DNA from: Eledone cirrhosa
Taxonomy: Eukaryota
Assembly (NCBI GenBank): GCA_964016885.1
Contig: OZ024749.1
Span: 29,450,001-29,514,000, forward strand
Direction: 5' to 3'
DNA length: 64,000 bases
The position numbers and the translations under genes were made by a program. Of the stretch, positions 43,602 through 56,100 are shown one piece after another; position 1 is the first letter of the stretch, and the number at the start of each line of letters is the position of its first letter. The notes under the pieces were generated by a model. It had not been told where the DNA came from. It saw only the letters and a list, made by a program, of their open reading frames with translations, and ran no database searches.

Positions 43602-46600
43602 CAAAAACAACAGCAGTAACAACAGCTTTAGCAACAACAGAAACAACAACAGCATCAGCAACAATAGCAGTAACAGCAGCAGCAGCAGCAGCAGCAACAA
43701 CAAGAACAACAGCAGTAACAACAGCTTTAGCAACAACAGAAACAGCATCAGCATCAACTGTAACAACAATAGCAGTAGCAATAATAACAACAACAACAAC
43801 AGAAGTAATTTGTTCTTGCATAAAATGACAACTGATTAAAGTGATGTCTTGACATATAAATCTTAATTCTGTAGAGATATAGTTATTTTATTGTCTTATT
43901 GTTCTACTGGTTTCAATCTTTAGACTGTGGCCATACTGGGGCACTGCTTTTGAAGGGCTTTAATCAATCATATTGATCACTGCCACCTTCACCACTACCA
44001 ACACTACCACTACTATCATCACCATCATCATCACTACCATCACTACCACCTTTACCATTACCAACACTACCACTACTATCATCACCATCATCATCACTAC
44101 CACCTTTACCATTACCAACACTACCACTATTATCATCATCATCATCACCATCACCACTACCACCTTTACCACTACCAACACTACCACTACTATCAGCATC
44201 ACCATTTTCATCATCACTACCACCTCTACCACTACTATCATCATCATCACCACTACCACCTTTACCACTACCAACACTACCACTACTATCAGCATCACCA
44301 TTTTCATCATCACTACCACCTTTACCATTACTAACACTACCACTACTATCATCATCATCATCATCACTACCACCTTCACCCCTACCAACACTACTGCTAC
44401 CATCCTTAACACCCCCTCTGGTTTCTCCCCTTTTTACCTCTTCTGCTCTTTTCTACTCTTCTCTCCCTCTCTGTCCCCTCCTCTACCCTCTCTTATCCCT
44501 CTCACTCTCTGTCCCCCATCCACAAGTCCCTCTGTCCCCCATTCCATGTCCCTCTACTGCTGTTGTTGTTGTCCTCATTTATTAGTGAACCTTTTCTTCT
44601 AGTCATTTCTCTGGTTTCCTCCTCTTCTCCACTCTGCCCCCCCCCCCCCCCCAGCGCCCCCATCCCGGTCCCTCTGCTCCACCCCACCCCTGGTCTCACC
44701 GCTGCTGTTGTTGTTGTTGTTGTCCATGTTTATTAGTGAACCTTTTCTTCTACAATTACTTAATTACATGAAACCTAATGTGACTTGCAATAAATTACTT
44801 AGGTTAATCACTGGCTATAGCTCTCTCTCTCTACGTCACTGGATAATGCTCTCTCTCTACGTCACTGGATAATGCTCTCTCTCTACGTCACCACATGTGT
44901 GTATATGTGTATCTCTGTGTGTCTCTCTCTGTAAATGTGTGTCTCTGTAGATGTCTGTGTATGCATGTCTATATATACATGTATGTCTGTATGCATGTAT
45001 ATGTGTGTATGTGTCCATGTATGTCACTGTATGCGTATGTGTCTGTTTGTGTATGTTTATATGAGTCTGTGTATGTGTGTAGTTTCTTTTTGTAAATAAA
45101 CATGTTAAAAAATTGTTTCACTTGAATCTGTTTATATTTTTTGTCTTTTGTGGTTAGAAATCATGTCATAAGGGGTAGACAACCTCTCTTGTGATGGAGC
45201 CATGATAACATAGACTCAGTACACTCTGTAAAGTAGGTGGTGTTAGGAAGGCCATCCAGCTTTTGAAACCATGTCACAAGGGTTAGAGAGAACAAGGTAC
45301 CTCTCTAGTGCTGGTGCCATGGTAACATACACCCAGTACACACTGTAAAGTAGGTGGTGCCATGATAATGATGATGATGGTAGTGGTGGAATGATGAGTG
45401 TTGGAAAATTAGGTGCTTGTATTAGTAAAAATACTGGAGACTAATTACACACACACATACATGCAAATACATACATACACACACACAATTCACACACTTA
45501 CAAACACACACACATGCAAATACACTCACACATACATACTAATAAACAATACACATGTGCAGAAACACACATACAGACAAATGCATATACAACACAATAA
45601 TACACATATAATTACAGACAAATACACATATACACACATATATGCACCTGAGCACTGTACACAATAATTTCATTATTATTATTATTTATATGTAGACACT
45701 CCCAATTATACACTTACATACATATAAACAAATACATGCACACAAACGACAATGCACATATATGTGCACATAATTATGCTCTTAGATGCACACACATACA
45801 TAAGTACACTTACAAATGCATACATACACATATACATAAACACATAAAAATACACATAAGCAACACCATTACATGCTTACACATGCGTACAAACAAATAT
45901 AAACACAATACACTTATACACACACAATTATACATTTAGACATAAACACAAGACATACTCACACACAAGAACATACACACACATACACATACAGTGTGTT
46001 TTGGGTTGTTTTTTCTTTGTTAAAGTTTAGAAAGTTTTGTAAACATGTTGTTGTTGTTGTTGGAATGAAGTCAAGTTAAGGTGACAGGGTGACTAGATAT
46101 GAACTAATTACCATATGTCCTGTCTTTAGAGGTGTCACATTGTCATGTCTTTGACTAACTAGGTTGAAAGTAACATCGTTTTACCTCTCGGATAATAACA
46201 AACATAATGACAATGATAAAAAAAATGATAGTTTTATTCACAGTTGTATAAATAACATTGTACACAATTCTTTCAGAATGAAAATATAAACACAAATATA
46301 AACATAATAAACACATAATAAACACAAATATAGATGCATATATAGAAGACAAGCTTAAGTATTCATCCACTGAAATCTCAAGCCCACACTGTAAAGTGGT
46401 CATGATGGCAATATGGCAAAAAGTGCCTTGTAGGCGTCATGACAAAAAGAGCACCCAATACTCACTGTAAATGAAGTTGGCGCTAGGAAGGGCATCCAGC
46501 AGTAGAAACCAAGCCAAAATCGGTTCTGTATGAGCAAAACCTGGCATTGCTTACAACTGGATAACTCGTTGAACCCATGCCAGCGTGGAAAAGTGGATGT

Positions 46601-47640
46601 TAAACGGTGATGATGATGAATAAATACATATGATAAATACAATTAACTATTGCTAGGAACCTTACAAATACAACACACCAAAATATACAATCAAAGTGAG
46701 AGAAAGGAAAATAAGAAACAAAAATGACCATCAATTCACCACGAACTGTGACAATCATTCGTACATCACAAGGGTCAATGGAAATTTTTGGATACCAGGC
46801 CATATAGATATCAGGAAATACAAAAGCAGATGAATTAGCAAAGGTGGGAACACAAAGGGAAATACTAGATATAGACTACATCCCAAATATATTGCAAGTG
46901 AAATCATTTAACAAAAATATAATTAGGCAAGCGTGGGGAAATATTTGGTGAATTATCTAGAGATAAGCTCTCAAATTTCAATCCTCCATTTTTACAACCG
47001 GATCTGTCAACATTTAAAACATATCAGACACTGTGCAATGTTAATAAAGACTAAGCTGTCTTTGAACTGGACATATACCATTTAATTACATTTTATCATG
47101 CACAGGTCATAGAGAATCACTTCTATGATCTTGTGGTAAGTTCCCAGAATAACTTTGACACTATTTGTTCCAATGTATAAACTATCAGCTTGAGAGAGGG
47201 GACATCTTGAAGCTGATCATTAAAAAAGAAGTTCCAAGATTCTTCTTCTTCTTCTTCTTGCTCTTGCTTGATGAGGCCGGGGGTCATCCTGAGCCAGCAA
47301 TCCCAAAGCATTGTTGTGCGTAGAGCCGACCAGGTCTAACAGTGCCCTCCATTGCTGGCGGTCCCATGTCAGCTCCTCTGCATCATCCTAGGTGATGTCA
47401 AACCTCTGGAGATCTTACCTGGTGTTTAGAGCTAACTTTCTCATTATTTACCTGGTGTTTAGGACTTTCTCAATACTTACCTGGTGTTTGGTGGAGGTTG
47501 TGGTACTAGTAATAGTAGTGGTAGAAGTGGTGGGGGTAGTATGAACATTTTTCTGTTAATCTAGTTAATACCTCTTATATTTATATATATATATATATAT
47601 GTTATGATACTTTAAATTATATATATATATATATATACTA

Positions 47641-47719
<79 letters not shown>

Positions 47720-50700
47720 CAATGTTGGTCTAATGTTTCTTTACTATAAATGTAACTGAAATATCTTTGCTATAAATCAACTTCCTTCCTTATCTGTTAC
47801 ATATATACACATAAATACCTACATATATACATACATAAATACATACATAAAATTACATGCATACACATATCACACACACACTCTCTCTCTCTCACCCCAC
47901 ACACAGAGACACGCTAAATTATTTTTAATGGTGTTTTTTTTTTTTGCGCTGTATGTTCTCATTATCATTTCTCCATATGTTGATGATTTTTTTAATTGCT
48001 CGCTTCTCTCTCTCTCTCTCTACACACACATATAAAACCTCTCTCTCTATATATAAACCTTGGTTGCCATCTAATCACTAATTTTCTCTCTCTCTATCTC
48101 TATCTCTCTATATAAATAAACCTTGGTTGCCAAATAAGTCTTTATAACTAACACTGCACCGCTTTAGTTTCTCTCGTTTCCCTGGTTTCTCCAGTTTCGT
48201 GCCAGCTCTATCATCATTACAATGGCGCTGCCCCAGCATGGCAACATCTCATGGACTGGAACAGTAGCAGTATAAAAGAGTATTATTTCCAAGACAGTCA
48301 CTTTCGCAACCTGATTTCTCCACCCGCTCTCCAATATTTTAAGTAGATGTTGGGATTAAAAATTCTGTTATCAGTGCAGTTGTAAAGCTATGTTCAGTCC
48401 AGGTACACATGTACTAATTAACTTAATCTTCCAACATTAATTAATCGGGATTATTAAAAAATGTAAAAAAAAGCCAAAAATGTGTTCTTGTTCAGTAGTC
48501 TTCAACAACACTGCTTTAAGGCTATTCTCCCCCCCCTACTAAAAGAGGTGTTAATCTTGCTGATTCCTTGAAAAGCTTCATACCATTATAGGGTCCTTTT
48601 TTAGGCAGTGTCTTTTATGACCAGGTGCCCTTCCTTACTCTTACTACTTTAACCCTTTGGTTACCAACCCAGCCAAAACCTGTTCTGGTTCTATGAAATA
48701 AAACCACCCATTTTAAAGGTTTCCAATTTAGATTAAAATCTTCCAACATAATTTTATATAAGAACCTTACATTAAGTTACTATTTTAGTAATGAAATAGT
48801 TGATAATTTTAGTAAATCCCCTTAAAATTCTTCATTAATTAATTAAAATAGAGTGAGTTTCATTAGAGATGTGGTTTATGAAAAGGTTAACTGTCTTTTA
48901 CAAGATGACACAGCAATATTCTTAATTGGATATACACAGCATGTTCCAATTGTCTTAATCAGTTTAATTTAAATCAGTTCGGGTAACGTGTTTAGTGAAG
49001 GCACGTGGTTTAGTGGTTAGAGAGCTTGGATTCACAATTGTGAGGTTGCGAGTTTGATTCCTGGACTGACCGATACATTATGTCCTTTCATCCTTACGGG
49101 GTCGATAAAATAAAGTACCAGTAATACACTGGGTATTTGCTGGCCTTGTGCCTAACGTAGAAACAATTATGTAAAGTGGTTGTGTAGGTGCCATGACAAA
49201 AAGCATCCAGCACACACTGTATAGTGGTTGTGTAGGTGTCATGACAAAAAGTACCCAGCACACACTGTATAGTGGTTGTGTAGGTGTCATGACAAAAAGT
49301 ATCCAGCACATACTGTATAGTGGTTGTGTAGGTGTCATGACAAAAAGTATCCAGCACATACTGTATAGTGGTTGTGTAGGTGTCATGACAAAAAGTACCC
49401 AGCACACACTGTATAGTGGTTGTGTAGGTGTCATGACAAAAAGTATCCAGCACATACTGTATAGTGGTTGTGTAGGTGTCATGACAAAAAGTATCCAGCA
49501 CATACTGTATAGTGGCTGTGTAGGTGTCATGACAAAAAGCATCCAGCACACACTGTAAAGTGGTTGTGTAGGTGCCATGACAAAAAGTACCCAGCACACA
49601 CTGTATAGTGGTTGTGTAGGTGCCATGACAAAAAGTATCCAGCACACACTGTAAAGTGGTTGTGTAGGTGCCATGACAAAAAGTACCCAGCACACACTGT
49701 ATAGTGGTTGTGTAGGTGTCATGACAAAAAGTATCCAGCACATACTGTATAGTGGTTGTGTAGGTGCCATGACAAAAAGTACCCAGCACACACTGTATAG
49801 TGGTTGTGTAGGTGTCATGACAAAAAGTATCCAGCACATACTGTAAAGTGGTTGTGTAGGTGCCATGACAAAAAGTACCCAGCACACACTGTATAGTGGT
49901 TGTGTAGGTGCCATGACAAAAAGTACCCAGCACACACTGTATAGTGGTTGTGTAGGTGTCATGACAAAAAGTACCCAGCACACACTGTATAGTGGTTGTG
50001 TAGGTGTCATGACAAAAAGTATCCAGCACATACTGTATAGTGGTTGTGTAAGTGTCACAACAAAAAGCATCCAGCCCACACTGTAAATGTGGTTGGCATT
50101 AGGAAGGACATCTATAGAAACCAAGCCAAAATCAGTTGTTTGAGCAAGACATGGTCACCTGACCCGATATTTCTCACAACAGGACAACTTGTCTAACCCA
50201 TGCCAGCATGGAAAAATGGACGTTAAATGGCGATGATGATGATGATGCATTTATGTTTTGTGGTTCACCAATGGATAGAACTGGTCATCCGTTTAGTTAG
50301 CCATGATGTAATAGTAGGAAAAGCACTCTACGTTATACAACTCATCCATCATTGATGTTGAATCCTGTTGCTGGTGCAGGAACAGTTAAAATCACCAGTC
50401 CAGCCTCCTGTTATTTTAATTAAATTAATGTGTGTGTGTGTGTGTGTGTCTGTGTGTGCTTCTGTGTGTGTATTTCATAGAAATGTATCAGATTTGACTT
50501 GAGTTTGTGACATACCTAGAGTTTATCAGTGACACTGATATACTTATAGTGTTGCTAAACATTCTAGAAACCTCTTTGGCATAGTGAATAATTTATAGTG
50601 TATATAACTTTATTAAGCACATCTTTGTCACCATTTGGTCATTGTCACCATTTGGTCATTGTCATCGTCATGATTTCCACCTGTCACGGCCACTACCACC

Positions 50701-52634
50701 ATTGCCACCACCCCCACTGCCCTCACACACATCACCACATAAATTTTAAAATTAGACTTAAGGTCCTGTATTTCTAATATAAGTAAATTCACCAAGCACA
50801 GAAACCTTCCTCCTGTCTCCCACTACTCCTTCCTCTTCCCCTTCCTCTTCCTTTCTCATCCTGTCGTCCACCACAAACTTCTTCCTCCCACCACAAGCTC
50901 TTTTCTCCTCTTTCCTTCAACCACAAACTCCTTCCTCTTTCCTTCCTCCCCACAAGCTCTTTCCTCCTTTTTCCTCCCACCACAAGCTCCTTCCTCCCAC
51001 CACAAACTTCTTCCCTCCTTTTTCCTCCCACCACAAGCTCCTTCTTCCCACCACAAACTTCTTCCCACCATGAACTCCTTTTCTCCCCCTGTCTCCCACC
51101 ATCTACTCCTTCCTCTGCCCACCACAAGCTCCTTCCTCTGCCCACCACAAACTCCTTCCCACCATAAACTCATTTCTGCTCATTCCTCCCACCACAAACT
51201 CTTTCCTCCCACCTCAAGCTCCTCTCTCTCACCACAACTCCTTCCTCCTCCTCTCTCCCACCACAAACTCGTTCCCACTATTATTTTACCATTTCTTTTC
51301 TTTCTATTCTCAACTCCTTCATTATTTCCAGTTCTGTCCATATTTAGGCTGTCTCTGGGCCAACAGCCAATAAAAATATCAAGAAACACTAGTAATAGCA
51401 ATCAATACTGCAGTTTAAATTCCCCCTGCCCCCAGCCACCTCTCTTTAGTTTGATTTATTCACGTCTCCTTGTCTTCCCTCAGTCAGGGACCCCCTTGCT
51501 AACCCCCCACCCCGGGTTGCTCTCTACTACTGATGAGTAATTAGCAAAGGTAGTACAGTTGGAACTAATAAAATACACCCAGTCCTCTCTGTAAAGTGGT
51601 AGTGCTGGTGCCTCAATAAAATGCACCCAGTCCACTCTGTAAAGTGGTAGTGTTGGTGCCACAATAAAATACACCCAGTCCGCTCTGTAAAGTGGTAGTG
51701 CTGGTGCCACAATAAAATGCATCCAGTCCGCTCTGTAAAGTGTTAGTGTTAGTGGCACACTAAAATACACCCAGTCCGCTCTGTAAAGTGGTAGTGCTGA
51801 TGCCACAAAAAATGCCCTCCCCCCAAACAAATAAAAATAAAAATAAAAAGCTGAGTTGACCCTTTAGTCATGGCATGACAGCCAGCCTTTCTAATGTTGG
51901 GGCCCCATGCTAAATGCACCTAGTACACCCAGTAAGATGGTTTATGATAGGAAGGGCATCCAATCATAGAAACCTTGCCAAACAAAGGTTTCAAGAAGAC
52001 TCTTCAGTTGTTTAAAAGGCATGATGTTCTCGCTACTGCTGGGGCCATGATAAAATGCACTGTAAGCAAGATTCAGGCCTTACCTATCTGAAAGGTCAGT
52101 AGCTACAATTATGTGCTGACTTTGTCTATGATGAGCCATCCAGCATTTGCTTGTAGGGGAAAATTGATGTCAAATGATGACCCTCAACCGATACTGCCAA
52201 TGATAATTGTTTCTACGTTAGGCACAAGGCCAGCAATTACCCAGTGCATTACTGGTACTTTATTTTATCGACTCCGTAAGGATGAAAGGCAAAGTCAACC
52301 TCGGCGGGATTTGAACTCAGATCGTAAAGGGACGTAACTATGCTGGAAAGCATGGCGTCCGACCCTCTACCGATACTACCAATCCTCCGCCACTGCCAAT
52401 GATAATGATGATAACTTTGTTGTCTTTCTGTCTCTCTCTGTCTATCTCTGTTAACCCTCTCTGTCTGTCTCTACCCCCCCCCCCCCCCTGTTTTTCTCTC
52501 TCTCTCTTTCTCTGTTGGTTTAATTCCTTTGTTGTTACTAATTCCTTTAAAGTTTTACCTACAATATGACAATATTACACAATTGCTTACTTGATAAAGC
52601 CAATATCCTTTTTTCTTTATTTAACCTTATGTTC

Positions 52635-52678
<44 letters not shown>

Positions 52679-53012
52679 GTGTGTGTATAATAATAAATGT
52701 AAATCCTGAATATAAGTCTGGCAGTAAATCAGTTTACACACACACACGCACACATCCGACCCTTGCCAGCTGGGAAAATGGACGTTAAATGACGATGACA
52801 CACACTCATACATAAACACACACACATGCCTGCAAACACACATACACACACACACAAACACTGCTCTCTCTCTCTCTCTCTCTCTCTCTCACATGCACAA
52901 AGGAAAATGTCTCTTTCTTTAATTTAAGATGTTTTTATTTCATAACAGGTGATTTCCCAGGAATATTTACTCATACCTTTCTTGTGTTTAAGTCTGGGTT
53001 TGTGTGTGTATT

Positions 53013-53106
<94 letters not shown>

Positions 53107-56100
53107 ACAAAAAGCGCCCAGTCCATTTTGTAAGGTGGTTGACATTAGGAATGGCATCCAGCCATAGAAAACACCCTGTTCACTCTATAAAGTGGTTGGC
53201 AATAGGAAGGGCATCCAGCCATAGAAAACACCCAGTCTACTCTGTAATGTGGTTGACATTAAGAAGGGCATCCAGCCATAGAAAACACCCAGTCTACTCT
53301 AATGTGGTTGACATTAGGAAGGGCATCCAGCCATAGAAAACCAAGTCTAAAACAGATTATATGAACGAGAGGTGGCCACCTGAACTGTTTGGTTTTATAA
53401 CAGGTGACAGCCTGTCTGACCCATGCAAACATGGACAATAAACATTAAATGGTGATGATCATGATGGTGATAATGACATCATAACTACTATATGGATTTG
53501 TGTGTGTGAATGTGGATTTGTGTGTCTGTCTGTGTGTGTTTGTGTGTGTGAAAGTATATAAATACCTGGGTTTATGTGTGAATGTGTATAAATACATGGG
53601 TTTTTATGTGTGAATGTGTATTGCAGTGGAAATGAAAACATTTCTCTTTAAAGCACTTGTTGTTGTTGTGTGGTTCAGTGTCTCATAACTGCTTTTCTTT
53701 TATTCAGAAACGGTTGCAGAAGGAACTTCAATCCTTAACAAAAGATCCCCCTCCAGGATTATGTGTAGATATCAAGAGTATCGCTAAGAGCATGTCCGAG
53801 TAAGTATTACATACCACTTGACTCCTTTTTTTAACCCCTTTCCTTACCATATTTCTAATGAAAGACAGTCCCTATAAATTAAAAGCATGTCCAAGTAAGT
53901 ATTCCATACTGGTTAACTCCTTTTTTAACCCTTTCTCTACTATCATAATATAATGAAAGGAGGCGGAGTGCAGGACTGCGTCCTGAATATTTTTTTTTAT
54001 CCCATTTGTAAAATAAGTTGGATTACTTTGAATAAATAATGAATGAATATTACATAATTTTTGTACTAAATTTCGTAGCTGTTGATTAAACATAAATATT
54101 CTTATATATACGACAAAAAAAACACACAGTCCATGCTGTAATGTGGCCGTGTAGGTAACACGGTAAAAACCTCCCAGTCCACACTGTAAATGTGGTTGGT
54201 GTCAGGAAGGGCATCCAGCCGTAGAAAACCCGCCAGACAGTCCTATGCGAGCAAGACAACCACTCTTGCCTCAAGTGGGAAAACTCCCGTCCAAACCCAT
54301 GCAAGCGTGGAATATGGACGTTAAACGATGATGATGATGAATGATTGTTTATTTTAAGATTCACTTCTTTTAAAATTTTTAAATGTCTACACTTCCGTCA
54401 GCGTCTATTATATCACAACACTTATTACATCACTTATGTAAACGTTCATATATTTGCATCATTATATAAGGTTTATATTTCTGTCACTAATTTTCTCCTT
54501 TTTCCTTTTCATTACATTTCACCGTAATACAGTTTATATATAATGTCGTCTTTTTTAAATGTATCATGGATGACTTTACTGATTACGGAAGAGAGTGTAA
54601 CACAGTCTCTCTTCAATTTCTGTGCATATTGTCAATTACAATTTTAAATTTGACATATCATATCTACATGCATATATATTTGTGTATAATATCAATATGC
54701 ACACTACAGATGCTAGCAGAAAACCACCTGAAGGGTGGTTTTTCTGCTAGTATTTCTAATAAAAGACACTCTATAAATTTAGAGCATGTTTTTACATGAA
54801 TATATTTTATTTGAACTCTTTAAGTAGCAGGATATCTTCTTTTTCAGATGGATTGTAGATTTGGACGGTGCCTCTGGCACATTGTACGGTGGTGAGAGCT
54901 TCAAACTCTGTTTTAAGTTTGGTCCTCGTTATCCATTCGAGTCTCCTCAGGTAGGTTTCATTTAAATCCTTTTATTACTGTGTCTCTAGTGAAAGACACT
55001 TGCTTATTTTGAAAATAATCAAGACTTTGGAGAGATTTAGTAATGTAATTAATTAACTTTCTCATTATTAAACTGTTGTTTGGAATGTAACTTAACAGAG
55101 GTTCTTACATAAAATTATGATGGTAGTTTTTGTTTTAGATAAATATAAACACTTTAAGATAAACACTTTAAGATAAAACAGCTTTGTATCGTAGAACCTG
55201 GGCCAGTTTTAGGTGGTTTGGTATTGAATAGGTTAAAACACAGACACTAGCTCTCTCTCTCTCTCTCACACACACATACTATACGATACAATTTGTGCGA
55301 CTTATTGATTGCTGGTTATCTTGTTTTCATTGCAGGTGACCTTTATAGGTAACAACATACCTGTTCACCCACACGTCTACAGTAATGGTCACATCTGTCT
55401 TTCAATATTGTCTGACGACTGGTCCCCAGCTTTGTCTGTACAGTCAATCTGCCTTAGTATAATGAGTATGTTATCCAGCTGCCGAGAAAAGGTAACCCTC
55501 CAAAAAAAAAAAAAAATACCAATTACCCTAACTTCACAAACTTCAACTTTTTCTCTTCAAGAACAAATTTATTTTTGAAAAAAAAAAAGAAATTTTTTTC
55601 TCTTTTTCAAGAAAGTCTTCTTCTTCACCCACTTATTCCTGAGAGGGTCGCGGGGGCAGAGTCCTCAAACACTCCTTCCAGCGAGTCCTGTCCAAGACAA
55701 GTTTATACACACACATATCTTCACCTTCATCAGCTCTCAAGACAGCAAATTGGTTTCGCACGATTTAATTGAGAGTACCATTTTAAAAAGCTGGATCGTG
55801 CAATAGAAAAATAAATTTTTCTGCTGGTATGTGTGTTTGACAAAACAAACAGCACAAAAAGAAGAACGAAAGAAAACAAATAAAATAAAATAATGGGATA
55901 GGGTGAAGAGGATGAGGGTAAAGATGTGCGTGTATGTGTAAACTTGTCTTGTACATCGCTTTTCTTTATTTCCTTCTTCCAGTCACTTTTGTGTGCCAGT
56001 ACACTTCTCCTTGTCCTCCTACTCCTTTCAATCTGTTCTATATTTTATCTGTCTGTCACCCACCTTGTGGATTGTCTCTTTGTTGACCATTGGCTGTTGG

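Noticed and set aside
43356-44602. Poly-Leu/Val/Thr ORFs (mucin- or membrane-like)
   Set aside because: Open in several frames on both strands because of trinucleotide repeats.
47473-47484. U1 snRNA 5' end (ATACTTACCTGG)
   Set aside because: The match ends after 12 nt; it is simply a consensus donor site on the minus strand.
49078-50124. 348/311-aa ORFs
   Set aside because: 48-bp SINE-internal tandem repeat.
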